From Scyliorhinus canicula (taxonomy: Eukaryota), in the NCBI RefSeq assembly GCF_902713615.1, contig NC_052146.1:309830335-309894334 (forward strand): a stretch of 64,000 bases of DNA. The letters run 5' to 3'. Below the pieces are notes generated by a model, which did no database searches, was not told the DNA's origin, and was given only the letters and a program-made list of their open reading frames with translations. The first letter of the stretch is position 1, and each line of letters opens with the position of its first letter. Shown here in pieces: positions 35,141 through 48,086 of this stretch. Position numbers and translations under genes: made by a program.

Positions 35141-35759
35141 CCTTCCAGGACAGAGTGATGTTGCTGCTGAACACACGGCTCATTACTGAGACTATATTTC
35201 AGGGGAAAATACAACAGACAAAATGGATTTGAAAATTCAACTGATTTTCATATTTTCTTCACTGAAACTAATCTAACCTTCGGTATCCCTGATCTCCCCG
35301 TCTGATTGGTTCAAACTGGATTAGGCAATCCAGGATTTCAAATTAACGTGGTATAATTTCTATCTGACGTTTCTCCTGAGAATATGCAAAACATTTGCAC
35401 TCAGCCCCTCATGTGCTTTTCTCATACAAAATTGACCTTGTTAAATCAAGAGAAAAGAACTCCCGATAAGAATGAAGATATATTTTTCCCACCCCCCATC
35501 TCTACAGGACACGGTGGAGGGTCCACACTCTGCAATCACCCTTGGATCATCACAATATCACAAGGACAGTGAGGTTTGATGCAGAAAATGGTGCTTCCCC
35601 TTTCTGGCCCGGTTTGCACTTCTTGTTGTGAGAAGGCAGGACTGAACTCTGGAAGATTAAACAATCACATTTCCAGCAGAGAGCCTTTCCCTTTGAGCGG
35701 CAGGTTGGGAGATGATGAGGATGTTCCTCACTATATTCTGTCTGTGAAACAGATCTGGT

Positions 35760-36922
35760 GAGCTTCACAAATGCTTCACAGCTCCAGGGTCCCAGGTTCG
35801 ATTCCCGGCTGGGTCACTGTCTGTGTGGAGTCTGCACGTCCTCCCCGTGTGTGCGTGGGTTTCCTCCGGGTGCTCCGGTTTCCTCCCACAGTCCAAAGAT
35901 GTGCGGGTTAGGTGGATTGGCCATGCTAAATTGCCCGTAGTGTCCTAAAAAGTAAGGTTAAGGTGGGGGGGGGGGGGTTGTTGGGTTAGGGGTATAGGGT
36001 GGATACGTGGGTTTGAGTAGGGTGATCATTGCACGGCACAACATCGAGGGCCGAAGGGCCTGTTCTGTGCTGTACTGTTCTATAAATCTATAGAGTACAG
36101 GCTGACATTCTACAGCAGCAGTGAAGCTAATGTGTCAGCCTGGCTCAGTTTGGGGCACTTGTATCCCTCAGTCAGAAAGCCGTGGGTTTAGCTGCCTTTT
36201 CAGGAAGTTGAGCTCTCAATTAAAGCTGCCATTCTGGGAAATGAGAGAGAGAAAAGCATTGTCATCATTCAGATGTGTTGTTGCATTGAAAAACTGTGGC
36301 ATTGAGCTGACCGATAGACGATTTAGTCCATAATAAACATCCCAAACAACAAATTTAAAATGAACAGCACAAATTACCACCATTTGTCTGTTAGTTAAAT
36401 GCACAGATTAATTCTATCCACCCCAAATACACCCACTCAATGTACGAATTTACAGATGTATTCAAACCACCCTAAATACACCAATTTAATGAACAGATGA
36501 ATTCAATACACACCACATACACCAATTTAATGTACAGATTAATTCAATCCACCCCAAATACATCCGCTTAATGAACAGGGGCAGCAGGGTAGCATGGTGG
36601 TTAGCATAAATGCTTCACAGCTCCAGGGTCCCAGGTTCGATTCCCGGCTGGGTCACTGTCTGTGTGGAGTCTGCACGTCCTCCCCCTGTGTGCGTGGGTT
36701 TCCTCCGGGTGCTCCGGTTTCCTCCCACAGTCCAAAGATGTGCGGGTTAGGTGGATTGGCCATGCTAAATTGCCCGTAGTGTCCTAATAAAAGTAAGGTT
36801 AAGGGGGGGTTGTTGGGTTACAGGTGTAGGGTGCATACGTGGGTTTGAGTAGGATGATCATGGCTCGGCACAACATTGAGGGCCAAAGGGCCTGTTCTGT
36901 GCTGTACTGTTCTATGTTCTAT
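35760..36922 (+). mobile_element. Two near-identical V-SINE copies (35760-36085, 36577-36922) flanking a degenerate A/C-rich tandem repeat
   Basis: Identical ORF-track peptides in both copies. Units of ~40 bp (aattcaatccaccccaaatacacc...) at 36410-36575. Confidence 0.85.
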
Positions 36923-37233
36923 GTAATCCATCCAAACACACCCACTTAATGTCCAGACTGTCACTCAAACCCATTGTTACATTCAATGAATAACAGAGAA
37001 GAATGGGAATACCGAGGTTTCTGACCCGTGTTCCCAGTCTGTGCAACTGTGTCAGGTGCACTAAACATTCTCAATATGGTGATAAATTCTGCTGTAACTC
37101 TCATGTCCAGTTTGAATGTTCGAACTCTAGAATTCATACAAGTTACAGGTGCAGAGACACCGCAGCACAAACCAGGGAGAGTTCTTTTATAACAAGTTAA
37201 ACTTCTTCAAACCAAACTAAAACTTGTACTTAC

Positions 37234-37285
37234 CCCCAGAAACACAGAGTGACAGAGTCACAACAAAAAGTGTTTTACTGATCAT
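37234..37285 (-). CDS. Signal-peptide (leader) exon: MISKTLFVVTLSLCVSG(G), 52 nt, phase-1 end
   Basis: ATG at 37285, basic N-region, hydrophobic core, strong donor GGG G|gtaagt. Typical IgSF leader exon size, and joins in frame to the V exon at 8387 to give ...CVSGGAT-DPVLIQ. Confidence 0.75.
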
Positions 37286-37460
37286 CTCAACAGAATAACA
37301 ATCCTCTTTATCCACACCGTTTATTGCATGTCCAATAAATACATTGAAGCACAAAGTGTCCCAGCTGACAGAAGCTTCTTTAATCTCCTTTTTCACAGGA
37401 GGGAATGAAGATACAGAGGAAGCAATGACAATGAGCCAATGGCTGCTCCCCTTCTGGGTG
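37286..37460 (-). promoter_or_regulatory. Candidate promoter of receptor gene A
   Basis: Unique sequence upstream of the leader with an ETS/PU-box GAGGAAG (37416-37422) and CCAAT (37436-37440), both read on the + strand. No clear TATA. Confidence 0.35.
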
Positions 37461-38365
37461 GATATTGATAAGCGACGTTTATGATTCACTGAGTGCACGT
37501 TGCCCACATTAAGTTGGTTTAACACAGTTCACACAGTGAGAGACACATTTGCTGCAAAAACGTAAATGGTTGAAACATTTGTTGAAAATCACTGGAATCA
37601 ATCCCTTCTCCCTTTGGTAACAACAACTGGCATTTATGTAGCGGATGTCTCCACCAGTAGGAGAGACTCAAACCCGAGGGCACAGCCTCAGACTGAAGGG
37701 ACAATCCTTTGAAGCTGAAATGAGGAGGCATTTCTTCAACCAGACGATTGTGAATCTGTGGAACTCTTGCCGTAGAAGGCTGTGAAGGCCAAATCATTGA
37801 GTTTCTTTAAGACAGAGATAGATAGGTTCTTGATTAATAAGGGAATCAGAGGTTATGGGGAGAAGGCAGGAGAATGGGGATGAGAAAAATATGAGCCATG
37901 ATTGAATGGCGGAACAGACTCAATGGGCCGAATGGCCTAATTCTGCTCCTTTATCTTCTGGTCTCATTTAGCACCTTAAACATAGAGAAACCTCACAAGG
38001 TTTTTCACAGGAGAGTAACAAACAAAATTCACACCACACCAAAGAAGGAATCATGAGCATAAATAACCAGAAACTTGATCAAATGTTTAAACCCTGATCA
38101 GAGTCTTAAAGAGGAGAGAGAGATGATAACATGGGAGTTGATTAGAAACCCCCCACCCACCCAGTTTAAACAGCAATGTGTGTTCAACCCACACCCATCC
38201 ATTATAATGCAAGCAGAACATCAACTTTTGCTACCTGCTCATTTCTCTGATTTGGTCGATCAGCCTGCTCTAAATGCTCTGTTCATTGGCTGTACACAGC
38301 TGGGGGCCTGATACCGAGAGTTCCTCAGCCTACAGCTAAAGTGTAGGAGCATCGCAGCGCTGGTG

Positions 38366-39870
38366 ATGCTGAGTGTAATAACCTGCACAGGTCACACGGG
38401 GTGGGCTTGATTGTTTACCCCCTAACTCGAGGAGGACGAGCTCCCCCACTAACTACGGGGCTGATAACCGTGTTGTATGAAAGGTCGGCCAGACAGGGAC
38501 TGACCGACACAGAGAGAGGACCCGGTGAGGTATAACTGGGCCTGAAATTGATAATATGGAAAGATGGGTCATTTGAAACATGGAAGTCTGGCAATACCTG
38601 ATTTAAGAAACACGAGAGGATATAGAGAAAGATCCCACAAAGGGTTAACAGCAGCTGCAAAGAGCAGGATTGTAAAATGCAGATAGCCTTAGTCAAGCAG
38701 GCTTAGCAAACACACAGGATTTTTGTATGAAGCTAAAAATAATGGCTCACTCCTTCATTGAAATTAACTATCTTAGTGAGCATCAGGAAAAGCATGGATG
38801 AAGGTTTCAGTTAGGTGATAAATGTAAACCTTTCAAGTTATAACCAAGTGGATTTTTAGCATTACGCTAAAAGCAATGATTCACACCTTCATTGAAGTAA
38901 AATCAGCAGATAGAAAAGAATGACTAGGGGGCAAATATATAGGTGTGAAATTCTGCTAACACCAAGTAAATTAAAGCTAAAATCAAAGTCAAAATTATGA
39001 GCTGGGGACACAATTGGAAAATAAAACTATAGAAATGACAGGAACCTAAATTCACACCCCTATTGAAACCAAAGCATTTTTGAATATCACAAAGGAACTT
39101 TGAAAATCCCAAGGGAACCAATGTAATCAGAGACTTGAGAGGTGAGGTGATGTCAAAATGGATACTTAGTCATATTAGAAAAATTTAGATTTAAGGTACC
39201 TTTTTCAATCCAAGTGAAATAAAAGTTACTTTACAATAAAGTCATAAAAACTTAATGACTGTTGAATGAGAATGTAAACCGAGAGACCAGAGCAGGAACT
39301 ACCAGAACCAGAGGGGGAGAGAGAGAGAGAGAGAGAGAGAGGCAGAGAAGGGACAAGAGAAACAAGCAGAGTCAGCTTACAGCCAGCTCGGTCATGGGAA
39401 AGGGACAGAGCCAAGTAGCCGAGCTAAAACAGCTAATATATCTAAGGAAGACCAGAATTTAAAGAGGAGGAAGAGTCAGCTCAGAGTCAGCTCAGAGACA
39501 GTCAGCAGAGTCAGCTCTCACAGCTCAGTACATGGGAAAGATAGGACATAGCAACCGAGCTCAACAGCGAATACATCTAAAGAAAACCAGACTTTAAAGA
39601 AGATTGATTGTCAAGGTGGGCCTGAAGGTCCCTTCAACCAACCAGAAGGATCCAGAAGCAAGATCTTTTTACTTTTCTGTAAAGACAGTAATTGCATCTT
39701 TTAAAAGAAAAAAAATATAATAATAAAATAACTTAAAAGTTTTAACCTGAAACAGTGGTTATTATTCCAAAGTCTACTTTACTTACTCAGTAATGCGGGA
39801 CCCAGGATCAATGCTGCCAAGTGGTAAGTAGATGAAATCTTTGGTGAAGGTATGGGTTAGACCGGGGGAT
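38366..39870 (+). mobile_element. Long LTR-like repeat segment
   Basis: Begins tgtaataacc, with (ga)n, internal short duplications (gagtcagctc) and AATAAA near 39722. No coding motifs. Confidence 0.4.
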
Positions 39871-41160
39871 AACTTGAAAATACAGTTTGACCTGAATAGC
39901 ACCCACTGAAGCCTGCATCGGAGTCAGGGAGTGAGAATCCCTGTTCACCATATCGAATATCGAATATCGGCACAGGTTCAAGGTGAGAAGGGAGAAAGGT
40001 TAAGGGAGATGTATACTTGTTACTGAGGGGGATGGCCACAGAGGATCCCTGCACTGAATGCTTCCTCCCAGCCCCTCTCTCCGTCACCCATCTATCTTGA
40101 TTCTTTGGAGTAACTACTTCTCTGAAGCTATTATCTGTGACCACCTCTGCGTCCTGAAAGATCCGAAGTTCATCCAGCTCCAGCTCCAGTTCCCTAACAT
40201 GGTTTCTGAGAAGCTGGAGATGGGTGCACTTCCCACAGGTGAAATCAGCAGAGGTACTGACGGCGTCCCTCACCTCAAACATTCTGCAGGAGGAACATTG
40301 CACTGCCTTCCCTGCCATCCCCTCTAGATAAAACAAGAAAAAGAAAGAAAGAGCTTACCTGTTATTCACTCTACCCCTTAGGTTAAAGGAGGTGGAAGTG
40401 TGGGGGACACTACAAGTGTAGTGTCTCAGGTTTAGGAACTGTCTAACTTAAATGCAGGTAAAAATAAAACACTTAACCAGCAACCACTGCGCCCCACACA
40501 AAAACAGCAATCAGCTGTTATGGGCCTGTGCAAACAATTTAAATCTTTACTACTTACCCAGCAGTCACTCTGTCCTCACTCCGACCGAATTCAGCTGGAA
40601 ACTCCCAACAATAATTTTTTTTTAAATGTACTCTCCTTCTCAGCAAGCACTCACTCAGCAACCACTGCACCCCGCACGATAACACCCCAGGGAAAAGAAA
40701 AACTACTTACCAGTCACCAACCAATCACTTACCTGCAGGCTGTGACATCACGGTTAAACTTCTTTCTACTTCTACTGGCCCGGGAGTCTCCCTCTTTATC
40801 TTTACTCAGCTGGGATCCTTACAGTGATTGTTTCCTTTTTTTGGTTAGAGGAGGAGGTAGGGAGGGAAACACTGAAAAAGTGTTTGGGGTTTAACTGTCA
40901 CTTAACAACAGCTCCTCCACAAACCACCTTCAAGATACAGTGACCACAATGCACTGATGCAAATTCTCCCCGCAACAGCCAATCAGCAGCTCTACTCTAC
41001 TGCCCTCTGCTGGATGCTTGCCTTCACTTGAACACGGAGGGTGTCTTGCTTAGGTACACATTCTGGATGCAGTAACCGCAATGCACTGATGCAACTTTTC
41101 CCAGCAACAGCCAAGCAGCATCTCCACTCTACTGCCCTCTGCTGTATTGAACAAGAAAAC
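39870..41160 (-). mobile_element. CR1-type LINE 5' end (5'UTR and ORF1 N-terminus)
   Basis: ORF 39857-40336 (CSSC...CGKC, coiled coil) is homologous to 14543-14797. Confidence 0.85.
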
Positions 41161-41318
41161 TTGAAATAATACACTTGTCCTTCACCCATAACTATACCTT
41201 TACAGATTTATATGGAAAACACAAGTTACAAAATCTACCTCATACTCGAATGTTCGGAGCTCTACTTCTTCCTCAGGCGAATGAAGAGGATTCTTCCAGA
41301 AACATAGATATAGACCAA

Positions 41319-41690
41319 GTCAAAGATGCAAGACGATGCTTTGAATGCGAGCATTTGTAGGTAATTAAGTCTTTACAGATCCGGAGATTTCCTACCAAAT
41401 CCTACCAACTGTCCTGGTGTAAGACAATTCACACCTCTTTAAACTGGGGTTACCCCTATCTCTGGATCTGTAAAGACTTAATTACATGCAAATGCTCGCA
41501 TTCTGAGCATTGTCTGGCATCTTTGACTTTGTCTTTATACATGGTTCTGGAACATACTTCTTCATTCACACAAGGAAGGAGCAGTATTCCAAAAGCTAGT
41601 GATTTGAAACAAACCAATTAGACTTTAACCTGGTGTTGTAAGATCTCTTACTGTGCTCACCCCAGTCCAACGCCAGCATCTCCACATCAT
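41319..41690. mobile_element. Penelope-like remnant with a 70-bp inverted repeat and a degenerate terminal repeat
   Basis: Arms at 41319-41388 and 41458-41527. 41570-41690 is a decayed copy of the 28058-28271 terminus. Confidence 0.6.
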
Positions 41691-42828
41691 ACTCTAATCT
41701 TCGTAGTAAGCACATAGTCCATTGATCCAACAGGTGACCTGTGGTCAGACACACCAAACTCTGAAATCAACTGACAGATGTCAATCTAAACAGACGTCAT
41801 GAATCTCTCATGAATTCTTGCCAGATGTTTCTCACATTATGAGCCATTTGGTGTCACTGTCTTTCACATGATTGTTTCCAATCTCAGAACCTAAGTACTT
41901 GTTTGGAATCTTCTCCCATCCAATGCTTTCCCTTGGGTTCCTTCCACAAGGATCCACCTCCAGGATTTCCATCTCTCCTTCTGATGTTCCTCTCCCCTGG
42001 ATGACCATGTGGATTCAGGCTTTGCCTTCCACACACACTCTCAGGTACCCAGCTGTACTAACAGAACGCCACTGCTCCACAGGCAATAGTCAGGAGTTAC
42101 AGCCCTTCAGTTGTCTCCTTGGATCCCGGGGCTTCTCACAGACCCATTTGCTTTAAGGCTGCTTCTCACTTTAAACCTGGAGCTTTCCTCGGCTCCTCAC
42201 TCTTAACTTCACTGAACAGGATCCCTTCCAGATTCCTTTTTTAATTGCTGAACTTAAAACTCTTCCTTTAGGATTGGCTTCCTGCAGTTCCCTCTCCCAA
42301 TAGACTGGTGATAATTTGGGAACTCCCATTTGACATGGATCAATATCCGAGACCGTGTGGGGTATTTGGGACAGATCAAAGGCAGCCAGGTTTACCCTGC
42401 ACCAACGCCTGTTCCAATTGGCCAAGGAGGTCTTGATGTTGCACCAAAGACACAATCAACAGTGTCAAATTCTGAACCAATGGGGTGTTTGCAGGATGTG
42501 TGTCATTGCTGCCCAGTAATGTGGTTATAATAAGCTGAGACCCAGCGAGCAGGCACACGGCTCACAACTCACCACCTCCAATTCTTCCAACATTTGTGTG
42601 TTTCAGCCACTTCCCCACCATTGAAATTCCTGTTTTTATAAATGTTAGTGCGATTCTGAAAATCCTTTTGTGAAGTGAATGCTGTGATCAGATTAGATGT
42701 GAGTGTCAAGGAGCAAAGTGCAGAGTGCTCCATGCCCCAGCTTCAGGCCCCGAGTTAGCAGCTCAAAGATTCAAGGCCTTCTGCAGGAGCGCAGTGGGAA
42801 AAGCAGATCCCATCAGTTTACACTCCCA

Positions 42829-43400
42829 GGCTGGAATTTTCCAGGCCCTTTGGCTTCAAGGTGGAAAGGCCGGCAAAAGTCTGCAGCTGGGTTCCGCTGG
42901 TGGGTCTGATGCCTTCCTGTTGCCGGGCCCCTTGACCAATGGGAGGAAAGGGGAGCAGGTGGAGTCTGCACCTTGGGCCCTGTTGAACCACTTAATTGGC
43001 CAATTAAGGGCCACTTCCTGCCCTCAGGGGCATTTCTCCTGTGTGGGGAGGGCACACCATCGCCTGGGGAGACGGGCAGATCAGCCCTGGTGCTCTCCCA
43101 GCGGGGTATGTGAGGTGCCTTCCCTTTTGGGAATTCGAGCATCCTGCGGAGCGTCGTCTGGGGAATTGGCTGCCCCACAACAACAGTGTTGCCTCCTGTT
43201 GGTAACCAGCCCCCTTCTCGTTGGCGCTTGCCTTCCCAGCCCACGGGTCCTCAGAGATTGAAGGCAGGCGCCCATCGATGTGCCCTCATCCTCCAGGCAC
43301 AGGCCCAAAAATAGCCACTGCTGAGCTGCCACCCTCTGATTGGTCAGTAGCTCTTTCGGGCAGGCTGTTAACTTTAATAGAATCACAATCCTGGCAATGA
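42829..43400. mobile_element. GC-rich MITE-like element (Harbinger-like family)
   Basis: Starts ggctggaattttcc, is GC-rich and non-coding. A similar fragment lies at ~47420-47990. Confidence 0.45.
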
Positions 43401-43479
43401 CCACATTAAGTGGCTGCCCTCCAGTAAAATGTGGCTCCTGTGTCCCACTGCCCACCCAAACAGAATCATCCCCCAGCCC

Positions 43480-46400
43480 TGTTTCCAACCCCAGTGACAG
43501 GATCCATTATTAAAGATGAGATTGCGGAGTATTGGGAAGTGCATGATAAAATAGGACTGAGTCAGCACGGCTTCGTCAAGGGGAGGTCATGTCTGACAAA
43601 TCTGTCAGAGTTCTTTGAGGATATAACAGGGAAGTTAGACAAAGGAGAACCAGTGGACGTGATCTATTTTCATTTCCAGAAGATCTTTGACAAGTTGCCA
43701 TATAGGAGGCTGTTGAGGGCAGCACGGTGGCACAGTGGTTAGCACTGTGGGTTCACAGCACCAGGGTCCCAGGTTCGATTCCCGGCTTGGGTCACTGTCT
43801 GTGCGGAGTCTGCACGTTCTCCCCGTGTCTGCGTGGGTTTCCTCCGGGTGCTCTGGTTTCCTCCCACAAGGCCCAAAAGACGTGCTGTTCGGTAATTTGG
43901 ACATTCTGAATTCTCCCTCTGTGTACCTGAACAGGCGTCAACATTTTGTGATTAGGGCTTTTCATAGTAACGTCATTGCAATGGAAGCCTACTTGTGATA
44001 ATAAAGATTTGAAAAAATAAAGTTAAGAGCCCATGGTGTTAATGGACAGAGGATTGGCTGACTGGCAGAAGGTAGTGGTGGGGATAAAGGGGTTTTTCAG
44101 AATGGCAGCTGGTGACTAGTGATGTGCCTCAGGGGTCTGTGCTGGGACCACAACTTTTCACAATATACATTAATGATCTGGAAGAAAGAACTGAAGGTAC
44201 TGTTACTAAGTTTGCAGTTGATACAAAGATTTATTTTCCATAATTTAGAGCACCCAATGCATTTTTTCCAATTAAGGGGCAATTTAGAGTGGCCAATCCA
44301 CCTACCCTGCACATCTTTGGGTTGTTGGGATGAAACCCACGCAAACACGGGGAGAATGTGCAAACTCGACACGGACAATGATCCAGAGCCGGGATTGAAC
44401 CTGGGACCTTAGCGCCATGAGGCAGCACTGCGCCACCTTGCTGCCCACAGATGATACAATGATATGCAGAGGGGCAGGTAGCATTGTGGAAGCAGGGGCA
44501 GATGGAATATAATGTGGGAAAGTGTAAGGTTATGCACTTTGATAGGAAGGATGGAGGTATAGACTATTTTCTAAATGGGAAATCAGAAGCACAAAGGGAC
44601 TTAGGTATCCAAGTGCAAAATGAGCTAAGTTTAATGTGCAGGTTCAGTCAGCAGTTGGGAAGGCAAATGCAATGTTCACATTCATGTCAAGAGGGAGAGA
44701 ATACAAGACCAGGGATGTACTTCTGAGGCTGTATAAGGCTCTTGTCAGACCCCATTTGGAGTATTGTGAGCTGTTTTGGGCCCCATATCTAAGGAAGGAT
44801 GTGCTGGCCTTGGAAAGGGTCCAGAGAAGTGCGGTGTTCTTTGTGATTCTTGTTCTGAGGATGGATGTTGTAGTGTTCACAAAGATCACAGAAGCTAAGT
44901 TCATTAACAAAGCTAACATTTATTTACACTACTTGATTAAGCTCAACCACTTACTCCTATAGTAAGCAATAGTCTAGTAATCTACAATCTGCACTCAACT
45001 AACACTAGTCTCTGCACCCTATCTCTAACTGTACTGTCCTCCCCATCACTGCTCTCTCTAGCTCTCCTCCAGCCCTCTCCCAGAAATCTGTGAGTCAGTG
45101 CTTTATGTAGTTCTGCATCTAGCTCCACCTAGTGGTTAATTGTGATATGGCAATAACCCTTTATATTCTGAACATTTCCATAATGTCAAATCCCTCTTTC
45201 TTTGAGAAATGAAATGGGTGAAATTGTTTATGACATTAATTTTTACAGACATGTTTGAGAATGCTTTCATACAGTTAATGCTTTCAAGTCATTTTGCATA
45301 TCATTATTTCACTTTCAGAGTTACCGTCGTTAGTGTTTCTACAAATTAATTTTATTGTGTGGTTTCCTTATTCTCTTCAACATTCTCAATGCCCTTTCAG
45401 TGTCAGAGAAGTTTTCTGTTGTTTGTTCCGTTTGTGTAGTCGGTACAGCAGAGTAGTTAGCACTGTTGCTTCACAGCGCCAGGGTCCCAGGTTCGATTCC
45501 CGGTGTGAGTCACTGTCTGTGCGGAGTCTGCACGCTATCCCCGTGTCTGCGTGGGTTTCCTCCGGGTGCTCCAGTTTTCTCCCACAAGTCCCGAAAGACG
45601 TGTTGTTAGGTGAATTCTGAATTCTCCCTCTGTGTATCCGGACAGGCAGCGGAATGTAGCGATGAGGGGGTTTTCACAATAACTTCATTACGGTGTTAAT
45701 GTAAGCCTACTTGTGACAATAATAAAGATTATTATACCTGCATGCTTACCTTCAGTGACTGGTGTATGAGGACATTAAGGTCTTATTGCACATTCCCCTA
45801 TCCTAATTTATGGCCATTCAGATAATACTCTGCCTTCTTGTTTTTGCTGCCGAAGTGGATAACCTCGCATTTCTCCAAATTATACAGCATCTGCCATTCA
45901 TTTGCCCACTCACTCAACCTGTCCAAACCACACTGAAGGATCTCTGCATCCTCCTCACAGCTCACCCTCCACCCAACTTGGTGTCAGCTACAAATTTGTA
46001 AATATGACATTTTGTTCCTACATCTAAATCATTAATATATATTGTGAATAGCTGGGGTCCGAGCACTGATCGCTGCGATGCCCCATGAGTCACTACTTGC
46101 CAATTTGATTAAGACCCGTTCGTTCCTAGTCTTTGTTTCCAATCTGCCAAACAGTTTTGTATCCATTTCGATACTCTATCCCTAATCCCATGCACTTAAT
46201 TTCACACAAATCTCTTATGTGGGATTTTGCCAAAAGCCTTCTGAAAGTCCAAATAAACCACATCCACAGGCTCCCCCTTGTCATCTCTACTAGCTACATC
46301 CTCGAAAAATTCTGGTCGATTTGTCAAGCAAGATTTCTCTTTCGCAAATCCATGCTGACTCTGACTGACTCTGCCACAGTTTTCTAAGTGCTCTGCAATC

Positions 46401-46990
46401 AAAGCTTTGATTATGGATCCGAGAAATTTCCTCACTACTGACATCAGGCTTCCTGGTCTATAATTCCCTGTTTTCTCCCTTTCTCCTTTTTTAAACAAGG
46501 GAGTGACATGAGTTACCCCCAATCTGCGGGAACTGTTGGGGAGTCTATCGAATCCCGGAAGATGACCACCAATGCATCCACCATTTCTTGAGCCACTTCC
46601 TTAAGTTCTCTGGGATGTAGATTACCAGGTCCTGGGGATATATCAGACTTCAATCCCATCAATTTCCCCAACACTATTTCTCTAATAATATTGATCCCCT
46701 TCAGTTCCTCCCTCTCACTAAACTCTGCGTTCCCCAACATTTCTGGGATCTGAGTTGAGTCCTCATTTGTGAAGACAGAACCAAGGTCGGTGTTCAGTTG
46801 CTCAGCCATTTCTTTGTCCCCTGGTGTAAATTCCCCTGTTTCTGACTGTAAGGGACCTACATTTGTCTTCACCAATATTTTTCTCTTCACGCCCCCATGG
46901 AAACTTTCACAGTCAGTTTTTATGTTCCCACATGTACTCTATTTTCCCATTCTTCATCAATTCCTTGGTCCTTCTTTGCTGGGAGTGTCC
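43480..46990. mobile_element. CR1-type LINE fragments with nested V-SINEs (43717-44010 +, 44236-44445 -, ~45440-45730 +) and an LTR-like segment (~44830-45440 -)
   Basis: QHGFVKGRSCLTNL and LVRPHLEYC motifs plus SINE cores. Confidence 0.8.
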
Positions 46991-48086
46991 AGAATACAGG
47001 AAAGGGAGAGGGTGAGGGAGAGGACTGGAAAACCAAGGATGGAGGGGTCTGAATGAGAGAGAGAGGAAGGAAGAATATTTAACGGATTCTCCCATTAACT
47101 CATCCATGGAAACACAGGAAGTGAAGGAAGAGAAAAAAGAAAACATCTAGAATAAAACATAAAATCACAAGGAATCTACAGAGATAGTGTCAATGATAAG
47201 GAGCTCACACAGACAGTAAGGTACAGCTCATACCCTATATTGTATTGTGATGAGCTCATTAACTGTTCTGTTACTAATGTGTGAGTAACACACGTTTCCT
47301 GATGTCACACTAACTTCTATTGTTCTAGTTTCTGATCTAGACGGGGGTTTCGAATAGTGACATTTCCCATTCAGCCATCCAAAGTGTAGGTGGGTATCAC
47401 ATCCCCACCAACACCGCACCCATTTCACACTCCATTAAGCATTGATTGGCTGGAGGTGGGACCTCGCCCCTCACCCGGGAAGAAATCCCTCCTTAGACAG
47501 CTGCTGTCCAATCTTTTTGTCTGGCTGGGCCCAGGTGCCTGCAGCGCCAGAGGCTGCTGTGGACAGAAGTGGGATTGCATGCAGTCCCTGGGGATGAGGT
47601 CCTGGGAAAACAGGTGAAGGGATATATTCAGAGAATTAAGGTGGGGAGGGTAGGGAAGGTGGAGGGGAGGTGGAGAGTGGTGGATTGGGGTGTTGAGTGA
47701 GAGGCCAGGGGGTGGGGGAGGTACAGGGACATTCAGTGCCTGTTAAAGTTAAAGTTGGCTTCTGATAGAGGCCCCTCCCCACCGCGGTACCCTCCCCCCA
47801 ACCCCCCCATTTTCTACCGAGGCCCAAACATATTTGGGCTTCTTCCATTGGTGGGAAATCCTCCAATTGAGGCTGGGTATTAAATGGCCCATGTGGTCAA
47901 TAATTGGCTACTTAAGGGCCTGACTTGGGGAAAGGGTGAGCAGCCTGTCCAAGGCCTCCCCGGTCCCAGTGTAAAATGCCCGAGAGGTCAGGGTGCGCAG
48001 GAACCCAACGGGAAGTCTGTTTGTGCTGTTTGACATTCACCCCTCGTCTAAAAATGCACCGTGTGAAAGTCAGGCCCTTATTTGCA

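Noticed and set aside
47228-47345. Minus-strand peptide with VCYSHI (ITIM-like)
   Set aside because: It needs a phase-2 acceptor that does not fit the family's phases, it has no similarity to the 60574 exon, and such motifs arise by chance.
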